DNA of 64,000 nt. It comes from an uncultured delta proteobacterium (GTDB taxonomy: Bacteria; Myxococcota_A; Polyangia; Polyangiales; Polyangiaceae). A program made the position numbers and the translations under genes. This document shows, in pieces, positions 50,876-61,533 of this stretch. Below the pieces are notes generated by a model that saw nothing but the letters and a program-made list of their open reading frames with translations, made no database searches and was not told the origin of the DNA. The first letter of the stretch is position 1, and every line of letters starts with the position of its first letter. The stretch spans positions 4,480,001-4,544,000 of the forward strand of contig CAWDXG010000004.1 of NCBI GenBank assembly GCA_963806225.1. Direction: 5' to 3'.

Positions 50876-51841
50876 TTCACGTCGTAGGTCGCCACTACCG
50901 GGTCGTGGTCGCTGGTGGCGCTCACGGTCGCGTTGCGGAAGATCGACACGGAGGCCGGATACGCACTGTCGATCAGCGACTGGGCCTGGTCGTTCATGAC
51001 CTGGTTGTCGATGAGCTCGTGCTGGCCCGAATAGATCGTGCTGTAGCGCTGGGCGGCCGGGATCGAGATCGCCGACCGTGGCGTACTGGGCGGGAGGCGC
51101 TCCGACGAGCGCCTTCATCGGCGCCGAGTCGGGTGTGCAGTTGAAATCGCCCAGCACGATCACCGCGGCGGATGAATCGTTGTAGCCCATCTGCAGCGCG
51201 ATCTTGCGCGTGTGCTCGGCTTCGGCGAGGCGCTTGACCTGGCTCGTCGCGTCGCCCTTGGCCTTGAAGTGGACGCCCATGAGCACGACGTGTCGCCCAT
51301 TGATCGTCAGGTGCACCTCCATCACGTCGCGCGCGTAGATGAACGTCCTCGTGGGGTCCGTCGAGGGCGAGAAGAACTCGCCCTTGTGCGACACGATCTT
51401 GTCGATCGGAAAGCGGCTCAGGATTGCGATGTCGATGCCGCGCGGGTCGTTGCCGAGCGTGGTCGCGCGGTTCGGATAGCCGCCGAGCTTCTTCGCGATC
51501 GCGTCGGTGACGTTCTCGTTCTCGATCTCCTCGAGCACCGCGATGTCCGGATCCAGCCTGGACAGCACGCTCGTGACCTGGCCCAGCTTCTTGTCGTAGT
51601 CCGCGGTGGAGAGCACCGTCTCGCCCTGGATCTCCGGGCTGTCGACCTTGTCGTTGAAGAAGTTCCGCACGTTCCAGTTGACGACGCGCACCGGCAGTGG
51701 CGTGGCGGCCTCCTGCGTTCCGCCCCCGCTGCCCCCGCTCGAGCTGCCGGCGGCTCCGCCGCCCGGGTTCAGGTTCGGACCGCCACCGCAGGCCGGCGCT
51801 TCGAGCAGGACGGTGAGGGCGACCAGCAGGCGAAGTCGCAT
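50872..51841 (-). CDS. Endonuclease/exonuclease/phosphatase lipoprotein, apparent +1 indel at ~51065
   Basis: NWNVRN, LEEIE, HFKAK, LGDFN; ELIDN and SDHDPV appear in the shifted frame. Confidence 0.85.
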
Positions 51842-51985
51842 CCTGCCACTTTGGCTTGTTTTTCCCCCCGTGGCGAGAGGGGTAAGCCCGCGGGGCAAGC
51901 TATGCTAGAGGAGCCGTCCGCCGCTCGGGAGCAGGCCCGGCCGAAGTGCCGGGCCGCGCCTGGGATCCGCGGCGTCACTCGACCC

Positions 51986-52921
<936 letters not shown>

Positions 52922-52946
52922 GCGGGCGGCGGCGGGGCGCGCGGGC

Positions 52947-53960
52947 CTAGCGCGACTTGAGTGCGACTGCGCCGGGGGGCGGCGTCGCGGTGCCCAGCGC
53001 CAGCGAGAGCGCGCGCACCGTGTTGCGCAGGCCGTCCACCGCGCGGTCGCTGTCCGGCGCGGACGGTTCGGGCTGGCCGTCGGCGAGCCAGCGCTCGAGA
53101 CCGCCCTCGCCGAGAAGGCCCGCCAGGCCATACAGGCGAGTGCGCGCGAGCGGGATTCCTGCCGACAGCGACGCGGCCAGATCGGCCTCGAGCGCGGAGG
53201 GATCCGGATAGCGATTGCCCGGGTCGAGCCCGATGCCGTGGTTGCCGATCACGCCGAGGTCGATACCCGCGCGCTCGCCGAAGCGCGCCACCGCTTCGCG
53301 AGCGTAGGAGTGCACCAGCGCCGGGCCGAACCAGTGCCCTGTCTGCTGCGCAAAGCCCGTCTGGTAGACCATGAACGAGACCTCGTCCCAGTCGATGCCG
53401 CTCACCGGGATGTCGAACGCATCCTCGACCAGCGTGGAGCCGCGGCGCTGGTCGAGCACCATCGGGTAGGTGACGGCGTGCACCGCCAGGCCCGCGCGGC
53501 GCGTCGCATCCACCGCGCGGCCGAGCTCGCCGCGCGCGTGTTCGAAGGCCGCCGGATCGATGTGTGAGCGCAACAGGCCGAGCCAGCGCGCCGGATTCAG
53601 CTTCTGCGCGGCGCGCAGCGCCTCCGCGTAGTCGTACGCCGGTTCGAGATCGATCGACACGCCGTCCGCGACGACGCCGTCGGGCGCCGCGCGCCAGCGA
53701 ACGATCGCAGCGAGCAGCTCGGCGGCCTGCTCCGCGTTGCTCTCGCCGATCCAGTACCCTTCGGCCTCGGGCAACAGCGGCCACAGCCTGAGCGGAATGC
53801 CCGCGTCGGCCGCGCGCCGCGTGAGCGCCGCGAACCCGGCGTCGCCTACCCGCCCGGCGGGAAGGTGCAGGCCGAGCCGGAGTCCGCGCGACGCGAGCTC
53901 GGGCAGCGCATCCGCCACCTGCTCGTCGCTCATCAACTCCGCCCACACCCCGGGGCCCAT
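52947..53960 (-). CDS. Hypothetical TIM-barrel-like protein
   Basis: DGVSIDLEP resembles a degenerate GH18 DxxDxDxE motif; coding-like codon usage. Confidence 0.6.
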   Translation of the reverse strand: MGPGVWAELMSDEQVADALPELASRGLRLGLHLPAGRVGDAGFAALTRRAADAGIPLRLWPLLPEAEGYWIGESNAEQAAELLAAIVRWRAAPDGVVADGVSIDLEPAYDYAEALRAAQKLNPARWLGLLRSHIDPAAFEHARGELGRAVDATRRAGLAVHAVTYPMVLDQRRGSTLVEDAFDIPVSGIDWDEVSFMVYQTGFAQQTGHWFGPALVHSYAREAVARFGERAGIDLGVIGNHGIGLDPGNRYPDPSALEADLAASLSAGIPLARTRLYGLAGLLGEGGLERWLADGQPEPSAPDSDRAVDGLRNTVRALSLALGTATPPPGAVALKSR

Positions 53961-54027
53961 GCGCTCACACTAGATCACCGAGCGCCATTTCACTACATGG
54001 CCAGATCGTGTCGGTTCCGGCGGGCCG

Positions 54028-54614
54028 CTACTTCAGCTGGCACCCCGGCGCCTGATCGCAGGTGTCGACGCCCAGGTCGACGCAATCACAGCCGCTGTTG
54101 TCGCAGGCGCCGTCGTACCAGTCGCAGCCAACCGCGTTGCAGGTGGCTTCGTCCGGGACGGCGTCGCACTGCAGAGTGCCAACGCAGACGCCAAGGTCCT
54201 CGTCGGCGCCGCGCTGCCAGGGGTCGAGATTGCCATCCTGCAGTCGTATCGTGAACTGCTTGGGCCCAGGGCGACGATTTCGGCGGACCAGGCCCGGACA
54301 CCCCCGGTGTCTTCCTTCTCGTCGACCTGCAACACCCACAGGTGATCGGCCGAGGGTTGGTCAACGTCGCCGGTCGAGACGAGATACGTGCAGGGATGTG
54401 ACACGTCGCCCCAGTACTTCTGGATGCAGGCGCCGTCCGCTGCGAACTTGACGCCCTCGGAATTGCTCTCCCACGTCCCGAGCAGCACCGACGGATACGC
54501 CGAGGAGCCCAGCGGGTCTGACGAGCCGCCGTTGCCGGCGCCCCCCGGCGCCCCGCAGGCCGTCGCAGAAAGCAGCAGAATCGGCACGAAATTCATGGCC
54601 TTACGCAGAAACAT
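54028..54614 (-). CDS. Lipoprotein with Cys-rich C-terminus, apparent -1 indel at ~54263
   Basis: GAAGGAG RBS; lipobox SATAC; frames join at ALGP/KQFTIR; C-terminal CNAVGCDW...CDQAPGC. Confidence 0.65.
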
Positions 54615-54684
54615 GGGGATCTCCTTCACAATCTCCACCGCCCTGTTCGGCTGACGGCGCGGGCGTAAAAAGTTCGAGGGGCGG

Positions 54685-54721
54685 CGCGGCGAGCGCGGCG
54701 AGCGCGGCGAGCGCGGCGAGG
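54685..54721. repeat. 9-bp tandem repeat (GCGCGGCGA) about x4
   Basis: Directly visible, intergenic. Confidence 0.8.
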
Positions 54722-54937
54722 GCTTCCATGTGGCGAGTCATGCCCCCCGGAATGTCCGGAAAGCGGACGTTTGGACGCCCATGACCCCTCATGGCCCCTG
54801 AAATGTCCGGAATCCGGACAAAAACCAGCCCGGGTGTTGCCTGATGGAAACCCATGCGCCCCCAGCTCGTCTTTCCTTTTGGGGCACCCAACCAGGTCCC
54901 AAAGCAGGCCCACCCCGCCCGTCGCCGCAGCCCACAT

Positions 54938-55125
54938 CCGTCCCATCCCGTCGCAGCGCGCGTCGTCCCATCCCGTCACAGCGCGCGCCGTCCCATCCCG
55001 TCACAGCGCGCGCCGTCCCATCCCGTCACAGCGCGCGCCGTCCCATCCCGTCACAGCGCGCGCCGTCCCATCCCGTCACAGCGCGCGCCGTCCCATCCCG
55101 TCCCATCTCGTCACCGCGCGCCGTC
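54938..55125. repeat. 25-bp tandem repeat CCGTCCCATCCCGTCACAGCGCGCG, 6 full plus degenerate copies
   Basis: Head-to-tail copies with no spacers. Confidence 0.92.
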
Positions 55126-56601
55126 GCTGCAGCGATCTACCGGCTTGGGTGTGGGGTGGCCGCCGAAGATCATCTGTTGGCGGATTTTGGCGAGCGGGGC
55201 TGAGTTGTCGAGCTCGATGTTCCGGCCGTGGCGGATGACGCCGAGTCGTCGCAACACCTTGTCCAGCGCGACGGGGTCGGCGCGATGGGCGTGCTCGGCG
55301 GCGAGCCGCTCCAGCACGCGCGTCCCGACGGCATTGTCGGCCGTCCTCAGCGTGCGCGACAGGCCCCAGACTCTGGTCGCATCTCCGCCGTCTCCGAGCA
55401 CCGCGCGCATCCCGTCCTCGAGTCCGCGCCGCCCGCCGCTGGCTTGGCGCATCTGCATGTCGGCCAGCAGCACCATGATGGCTCCGCCCCAGTAGATGCC
55501 CTTGTAGCTCCTCGCGCTCTCGAGTCCCTTGCTTGCGAGCGAGGGCAAACCCTCCGGCATCGCGTGCGCGAATTCCCGCCACACGTCGCGTTCATCGAGC
55601 CAGCCGGCCCGGGCGCGGATGAGCGGCTCGTAGTAGGTCGCGAGGCCCTCGTCGAACCACTTTCCTTCACCGAGATACGACGGCGAGCCGGTGTGGAACA
55701 GCTCGTGGACGAGCACCCAGTCCTTGTAGAGCGATTCGCAGTCGGCGTGCTGTCCGACGCGCACGACGATGGCAGGGCTGCTGTCGGGCAGCAGCTTGCC
55801 GAACACAACGCTGGCTCGCCCTTTGGTGGGCATGACGATGACCAGCGCATGCTTGACGGGGAAGCCGCCCCAGAACCGCGCGACGGCCATTGCCGAGTCC
55901 CGCACCCAGCGCGTGACCAGTGCGTGTGACGGATCGAATGGCGCGTCGAGCGTCGCGACGGTGATCTCCGTGGTGGCGTGCGTGCCGCGTGACAGCGCGC
56001 CGGGACCCGGCAGCTCGAAGCGGGCGAGATCGAAGTTTCCGAACACGGAGTACGCGCCGACGCGAATCTCCTGCGTCTCGAGACGGTAGACCGGACCGGC
56101 GGGTGTGAGGCCGCTGATGAACCGGGTGTGGGGCGGCGTGTGCACCGCTATCGTCACGGGCGCGGCGTCGGGCAGCGGATCGGGGCGGAGAATCCACGTG
56201 GATACCGGCGCGACGAGCGAGTCGCCCACGCGCTCGGCCACGTCGAAGTCCTGCGCGTCGGTCGCGATCGAATCGAGATCCAGGTGGTAGCGGATGTGAG
56301 CATCCGGAGTGACGTGAGGCAGGGCCCAGCGTGCGCCGTGGTGCACGAGCGCGCCCCCGTCGGCTCCGCGCACCTGGCTGAAATGCGGAATCGACGCGCG
56401 CTCGGAAGCGATGAATCCGCCGATGTTCGCGCCCCCGCAGCGCGCGTCCACGTCGAGACCGAGCGGGCGGCCCGGCCGCACCGTGACGTCGTAGTTGCAC
56501 GACGCGACCTGTGCGTGCTTGGCCTCTGCGGCGGGCGCGCGCGCCCGCGTGCAGCCGGACAACGCCGTCAGAGCGAGCAGGTACGCTGCACGCAGCCTCA
56601 T
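55111..56601 (-). CDS. Zinc metallopeptidase lipoprotein (gluzincin, M61-like)
   Basis: Lipobox LSGC; HELFH followed by WFDEGLATYY. Confidence 0.8.
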   Translation of the reverse strand: MRLRAAYLLALTALSGCTRARAPAAEAKHAQVASCNYDVTVRPGRPLGLDVDARCGGANIGGFIASERASIPHFSQVRGADGGALVHHGARWALPHVTPDAHIRYHLDLDSIATDAQDFDVAERVGDSLVAPVSTWILRPDPLPDAAPVTIAVHTPPHTRFISGLTPAGPVYRLETQEIRVGAYSVFGNFDLARFELPGPGALSRGTHATTEITVATLDAPFDPSHALVTRWVRDSAMAVARFWGGFPVKHALVIVMPTKGRASVVFGKLLPDSSPAIVVRVGQHADCESLYKDWVLVHELFHTGSPSYLGEGKWFDEGLATYYEPLIRARAGWLDERDVWREFAHAMPEGLPSLASKGLESARSYKGIYWGGAIMVLLADMQMRQASGGRRGLEDGMRAVLGDGGDATRVWGLSRTLRTADNAVGTRVLERLAAEHAHRADPVALDKVLRRLGVIRHGRNIELDNSAPLAKIRQQMIFGGHPTPKPVDRCSDGAR

Positions 56602-57941
56602 GACGCTGCCTGGGTCTCGTCTCCACTCGGTTTGGGTCGGGCGAGGCTCCGCGCAAAGGCCTGTGACGCGAAGGGCAGTACAAGGCCGGGCAGACCGACC
56701 TTGGGCGCCAGCTGGCCAACCAGACCGAACAACAGCACGAGCGTGCGTTCCACGTAGAAGTAGCCCTCGGGATACTCCACGCTGCGCATGATGTCCCGCA
56801 AGCGGCCGCGCGTCTGTTCGTAGCCGGAGAGCTGCTCGACGGCCTTGCGATCGATGCGCGAGAAGTCTTCGATCTTGACGTTGGCGAGTACCTGCAGATA
56901 TTCGCGCCCCACATCGGCGAGCAGCTCGCGGTCGCCTCCCTCGGCGATGAAGCCCATGCGCTCGAGCCCGGAGAGGATCAGCTCGTCGTTGCGCGTGATG
57001 GCGCCCATGACGACCGTCTTCATGCCTTCGCCGAGCGCTTCGGTGACTTCCTCCACTGCGCCGTAGTCGAGAATCACCAGGACAGGCCCAGGACGCACCA
57101 GGAAGTTCCCGGGATGCGGATCGGCGTGGAACACGCCGGCATCGAAGAGCATCTTGAAGTAGCAGTCGACGAGCAGCCGTGCGATGGCCTCGGTGTCGAT
57201 GCCGCGCTTGCGGAGGGTAACCTGGTCGCTGATCTTCGTGCCCTCTTCGAAGGTCATCGTGAGCACGCCCTTGTGCGTCAGCTCGTCGACTGTCGTCGGG
57301 ACGACCACGTCCTCGCGATCCTTGAACAGTTCGCGAATGCGCTCCATGTTCCGGCTCTCGTTTGCATAGTCCGTCTCGCGCGCGAGCATGGCGCTCAGCT
57401 GGTCGAGCACGCGTTCAATCCGGGACATCACGACGAGCCGGCGCAGGATGGGCATGACCGAGCGCATGACCGCCAGGTCGCGGCGGATGAGCTTTTCGAC
57501 GCCGGGATACAGCACCTTCACGGCCACGGCGCTGCCGTCCTTGGTAACGGCGCGATGCACCTGCGCGAGCGAGGCGGCGGCGAGTGCTTCGCGCTCGAAG
57601 CTCTTGAACCGGGAGAGCGGATCCGGCCCCAGCGCCTCTTCCAGGCGCCCCTCGATCTCGCGGAACGGCCGCGGCGGTACCTGATCCTGGAGCCTTTCCA
57701 GCTCCTCTCCGAAGGCGCGCGGCAGGAAGGTGCCCATGACGCTCAGCACCTGGCCCATCTTGATGAACACGCCGCGCAGCCGGGTGAACCCGTCGGTGAG
57801 CCGGCGCGCGTTGGCCCGGTTCACGCGCTCGAGCCGCGCCTTCAGGCGGCGCCGGCCGAACAGCCTGGTGAGCAGCCACTGGATTCCGTAGGACGCGAAG
57901 ATCGTCCAGAACATCAGCAGGGCACGCAGTGAGCGGATCAC
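56598..57941 (-). CDS. ABC1/AarF/UbiB-family atypical kinase
   Basis: FIKMGQ; AAASLAQVHRA; VAVKV; FHADPHPGN; LDYG. Confidence 0.93.
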   Translation of the reverse strand: MIRSLRALLMFWTIFASYGIQWLLTRLFGRRRLKARLERVNRANARRLTDGFTRLRGVFIKMGQVLSVMGTFLPRAFGEELERLQDQVPPRPFREIEGRLEEALGPDPLSRFKSFEREALAAASLAQVHRAVTKDGSAVAVKVLYPGVEKLIRRDLAVMRSVMPILRRLVVMSRIERVLDQLSAMLARETDYANESRNMERIRELFKDREDVVVPTTVDELTHKGVLTMTFEEGTKISDQVTLRKRGIDTEAIARLLVDCYFKMLFDAGVFHADPHPGNFLVRPGPVLVILDYGAVEEVTEALGEGMKTVVMGAITRNDELILSGLERMGFIAEGGDRELLADVGREYLQVLANVKIEDFSRIDRKAVEQLSGYEQTRGRLRDIMRSVEYPEGYFYVERTLVLLFGLVGQLAPKVGLPGLVLPFASQAFARSLARPKPSGDETQAAS

Positions 57942-58002
57942 GGCTGGGGCAGCCTAGCACCCCTGACGGTGGCGCCCCTGGCGGCCCGGAGCGGTCGTGG
58001 CT

Positions 58003-58989
58003 ATGCATCGGCAGATGCTTCGTTTCACCCTGCCTTTCGCCCTCGGTCTAGCTGCGCTGGCCGCCTTCGCTGCCTGTGGCCCGCACGCTGCCGGGCCGGC
58101 CCGGGCGCCCTCCACAACGGCGCCGCCACCTGCTGCTTCCGCACAGGCCGATGCGCCCACGCCTCCCGCGCCAAACCCGGAAGAGGTCGAGGCCACTCCG
58201 GAGGCCCCGGCCGCGCGCGACGTGACGGTCGCCCAGGCACTGGCGTCGTCGTTCCGCAGCGACAAGCACCGGCAACGGGATCGCTATCGTCATCCCCGCG
58301 AGACGCTGGAGTTCTTCGGACTGAAGCCCGACATGACCGTGGTCGAGCTCTGGCCGGGCCGCGGCTGGTACACCGAAATCCTCGCTCAGGTGCTCGCGCA
58401 CCGCGGCCGGCTCGTCGTGACCAATTTCAATCCCGACGGTCCCCAGGACAAGGAGCCCAACCGCCTGGCGCGCAAGCTGGAGCAGCGCATGCACGAGCAA
58501 CCCAAGCTCTTCGGGAAGGTGCAGGTAGCCCACGTCGAGCCGCCGGCGAAGCTCGACCTCGGCGTGGACGGCCAGGCGGACCTGGTGCTCACGTTCCGCA
58601 ACTTCCACAACTGGATCAAGGGCGGCTACGACAAGCAGGTGGTGGAGGCGGCGTACAAGGCGCTCAAGCCAGGCGGCGTGTTCGGGGTCGTCGAGCATCG
58701 CGCCAAGCCGGGCACCAGCCTCGAGCAGATGAAGCGGAGCGGCTACGTGACCGAGGCGTACATCAAGAAGGAAGCGAAGGCAGTCGGCTTCAAGCTGGCC
58801 CGGGAATCGGACCTCAACGCGAACCCGAAGGACACCAGGGACCACCCGGCCGGTGTCTGGACGCTGCCGCCGACGCTCCGGCTCGGGGACAAGGATCGGG
58901 CGAAATACCAGGCGATCGGCGAGAGCGACCGCATGACGCTCGCGTTCGTCAAGCCCGGATCCCCGGCAAATTCCCGTTCCGCTCGCTAG
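58003..58989 (+). CDS. Class I SAM-dependent methyltransferase-like lipoprotein
   Basis: Lipobox FAAC; RDRYRHP; VVELWPGRGWY; TFRNFHNW; LKPGG; IGESDR. Confidence 0.85.
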   Translation: MHRQMLRFTLPFALGLAALAAFAACGPHAAGPARAPSTTAPPPAASAQADAPTPPAPNPEEVEATPEAPAARDVTVAQALASSFRSDKHRQRDRYRHPRETLEFFGLKPDMTVVELWPGRGWYTEILAQVLAHRGRLVVTNFNPDGPQDKEPNRLARKLEQRMHEQPKLFGKVQVAHVEPPAKLDLGVDGQADLVLTFRNFHNWIKGGYDKQVVEAAYKALKPGGVFGVVEHRAKPGTSLEQMKRSGYVTEAYIKKEAKAVGFKLARESDLNANPKDTRDHPAGVWTLPPTLRLGDKDRAKYQAIGESDRMTLAFVKPGSPANSRSAR

Positions 58990-59037
58990 ATCGCTTCGCT
59001 GCCCTCAAGATCCCGTCGCTCCCGCCGTAGTGCGGGT

Positions 59038-59997
59038 GTGAAGGTCCTCCTCGCCGATGACGAGCCCGTCGGGCGACTGCTGCTCAAACGTTGGCTGGAG
59101 GAATGGGGCTACGAGGTGGTGACGGTGGGCGACGGGGTGGCCGCGATCCAGGTCCTGCAGACCGACCCTGAAGTGCGGATGGCGGTTGTGGACTGGGTCA
59201 TGCCGACGCTCGACGGCATCGACGTGTGCCGCTGGATCCGCGCGAGAGACCAGGAGCCCTACGTCTACACCATCCTGGTGACTGCCCGGGACGAGAAGGC
59301 CGACATCGTTGCTGGATTGCAGGCGGGAGCGGACGACTACATCATCAAGCCGTGTCATCGGCTGGAGCTCCAGGTGCGTCTGCGCAGCGGACAGCGCGTG
59401 ATCGAGTTGCAGGAGCAGCTGGTGCGCGCACGGGAGAAGCTGCGTTTCGAAGCCATGCACGACTCGCTCACCTCGTTGCCGAATCGTGCAGCGATCCTCG
59501 AGCGGCTGGACGAGGAGCTGGCGCGCTCGGCCCGCACCGGAAAGCCGGTCAGCGTGGTCATGGTCGATCTCGATCACTTCAAGCGCGTCAACGACGACTT
59601 CGGCCATGCCGCCGGCGATGCCGTACTGCGGGGGGTGTCGAGCGTGTTCAAGTCAGGGGTGCGTCCGTATGACTCGGTGGGGCGCCTGGGCGGCGAGGAG
59701 TTCCTCGTCGTGTTGCCGGAATGCGACCTTGCGAGCGGGTTTGGTGTTTGCGAGCGGCTGGGAGCTCTGCTGCGCTCGCATTCGATCAACGCTCCCATGG
59801 GCCAGTTGAAGGTCACGGCGAGCATGGGTGTGGCCTCGACGTCACAGGCCGAGGTGCTCGCGGCCGAGGAGTTGACGCGAGCGGCGGACGCCGCACTCTA
59901 TAGGGCGAAGCGAGGCGGACGGGACCGGACGGAAGAGGCTACGGCGACCGACTGGGCGCTCGAGCCCCCACCAGCCCTGGGGTCGATTTCAGCCTGA
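59038..59997 (+). CDS. Response-regulator diguanylate cyclase (REC-GGDEF)
   Basis: VVDWVMP; DSLTSLPNR; DLDHFKRVND; RPYD I-site; GGEEF. Confidence 0.95.
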   Translation: MKVLLADDEPVGRLLLKRWLEEWGYEVVTVGDGVAAIQVLQTDPEVRMAVVDWVMPTLDGIDVCRWIRARDQEPYVYTILVTARDEKADIVAGLQAGADDYIIKPCHRLELQVRLRSGQRVIELQEQLVRAREKLRFEAMHDSLTSLPNRAAILERLDEELARSARTGKPVSVVMVDLDHFKRVNDDFGHAAGDAVLRGVSSVFKSGVRPYDSVGRLGGEEFLVVLPECDLASGFGVCERLGALLRSHSINAPMGQLKVTASMGVASTSQAEVLAAEELTRAADAALYRAKRGGRDRTEEATATDWALEPPPALGSISA

Positions 59998-60136
59998 GCA
60001 GTTTCTTCCAGGCCCGCCGCCGGTTTTTTGGGCTTTTTGGGAACAGGAACGCGCGGGAGCCACTTTCCATCCGGCGCGTAGCAGCTAGACTCTCGGCGGC
60101 ACATTGGCAAGTTCGTCCGCAAATCCAGAACAGGGG

Positions 60137-61519
60137 GTGACCGACGCGCAGATCTTCCGGCGCGCGCTCGGCGTCGGCCTGGTCGGCGTGCTGCTGTTGC
60201 TCGCCCTGGTGCTCTTCGAGAAGGCCTCTGCGAGCGTTCCGTCCCCGCCCGGCCCATCGCTGGATTCGTTCGTGGCGCCCGCAGCGCCGCAGTTGAAGCG
60301 GGCGAAGCACAAGCAGCTCCAGCTCGAGCCGCTGACGCCGGAGCTCAGAGCGCGGGGCTACCATGAGTGCAACCCGCCCGATCCCCTCGGGCTCGGTCCC
60401 TACGCGTCGTATCGCACGATCGCGATGGGCGCGCGCATGCTGATCCCGCAGAAGGGCGGCCACACGCCCGACATGGGATACGACGTGATCGTGCACTTCC
60501 ACGGTCACGAGGCGGCACGCAAGATGCTGGTCCAGGTCGCGCGCGGCATCGTGTATGTCGGCCTCGACAAGGGCCTCGGCAGCGGGCCGTATGCCGACGC
60601 GTTCCAGGCGCCCGGCGCGTTCCCCAGGCTCCTGCGTTCGATCACTGCGCAGCTCAAGGAGTACTCCGGCGACGATCGCGCGCACATCCGTCACCTGGCG
60701 TTGTCGGCGTGGAGCGCGGGCTACGGCGCGGTGAACCAGATCCTCAAGCACGGACACCGGGGCATCGACGCCGTGTTGCTGCTCGACGGGCTGCACGCTG
60801 GATGGAAGCCGGGCCGCCGCCACGAAGAGGACGCGGCCAACGCGAGCAGCGCCTACATCCAGCCGGTGTTCGACTTCGCGCGGCGTGCCGCGCAAGGCAA
60901 CGGGATTTTCATCTTCACCCACTCCGAGGTGGATCCGGTGACCTATCCGTCCACCACCGTGACGGCGAATCTGCTGCTGTCGGACCTGGGCCTGGAGCTC
61001 ACGCCGGAAGATCCCGGTGACCAACGCTTCGGCATGGTGGGCCGCGTGGACGTGAAGGGCTTCCATCTCTGGTCGTATCTCGGCGCCAACGAGGACGCGC
61101 ACTGCGCCCATCTCGAGCACCTCGCGCCGGCGCTCGCGATCATCGAAGGAGCGTGGGACACGCCGGCGATGGACCGGGATGTGCCGTTCCACCGCGCGCC
61201 GAAGCTCGGCGGCGGCGATGCCGAGAGCGCGGATGCCGGAGCTCCTGCCCCTGGAGCCGGAACAACGGCAGACGAGGCGCAGGCAGCCGCGGGAGCGGAC
61301 GGCGGCCCGGGCGACCTCGCGCAGCATGGCGCCCAGGAGCCGCCGGCGGACAACGGCAGTTTCCAGCCGGTGCTGCTCGGTCCCGGCAGCGCGAAGAAGC
61401 TCGCGAATCCGGGCGCACACGACCCTCTGGGCGTGAGCGGCCCGCCCAGCGTTCCGCTCGCTCCGCCGGCGTCGGCCGCGCCCGCTCAGGGTCCCCTCGC
61501 TCCCGGCGGGCAGCCGTAG
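60137..61519 (+). CDS. Membrane-anchored alpha/beta-hydrolase-like protein
   Basis: TM anchor; VHFHG; AWSAG elbow; LLLDG; late His. Confidence 0.65.
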   Translation: MTDAQIFRRALGVGLVGVLLLLALVLFEKASASVPSPPGPSLDSFVAPAAPQLKRAKHKQLQLEPLTPELRARGYHECNPPDPLGLGPYASYRTIAMGARMLIPQKGGHTPDMGYDVIVHFHGHEAARKMLVQVARGIVYVGLDKGLGSGPYADAFQAPGAFPRLLRSITAQLKEYSGDDRAHIRHLALSAWSAGYGAVNQILKHGHRGIDAVLLLDGLHAGWKPGRRHEEDAANASSAYIQPVFDFARRAAQGNGIFIFTHSEVDPVTYPSTTVTANLLLSDLGLELTPEDPGDQRFGMVGRVDVKGFHLWSYLGANEDAHCAHLEHLAPALAIIEGAWDTPAMDRDVPFHRAPKLGGGDAESADAGAPAPGAGTTADEAQAAAGADGGPGDLAQHGAQEPPADNGSFQPVLLGPGSAKKLANPGAHDPLGVSGPPSVPLAPPASAAPAQGPLAPGGQP

Positions 61520-61533
61520 CTCGCGAGCGCGCT

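Noticed and set aside
42409..51841. Programmed frameshifting or true pseudogenes
   Set aside because: No slippery heptamers and no other decay. Several unrelated genes are affected, which favours sequencing indels.
54938..55125. Possible CRISPR array
   Set aside because: The units are directly adjacent with no unique spacers, and no cas genes are in the window.
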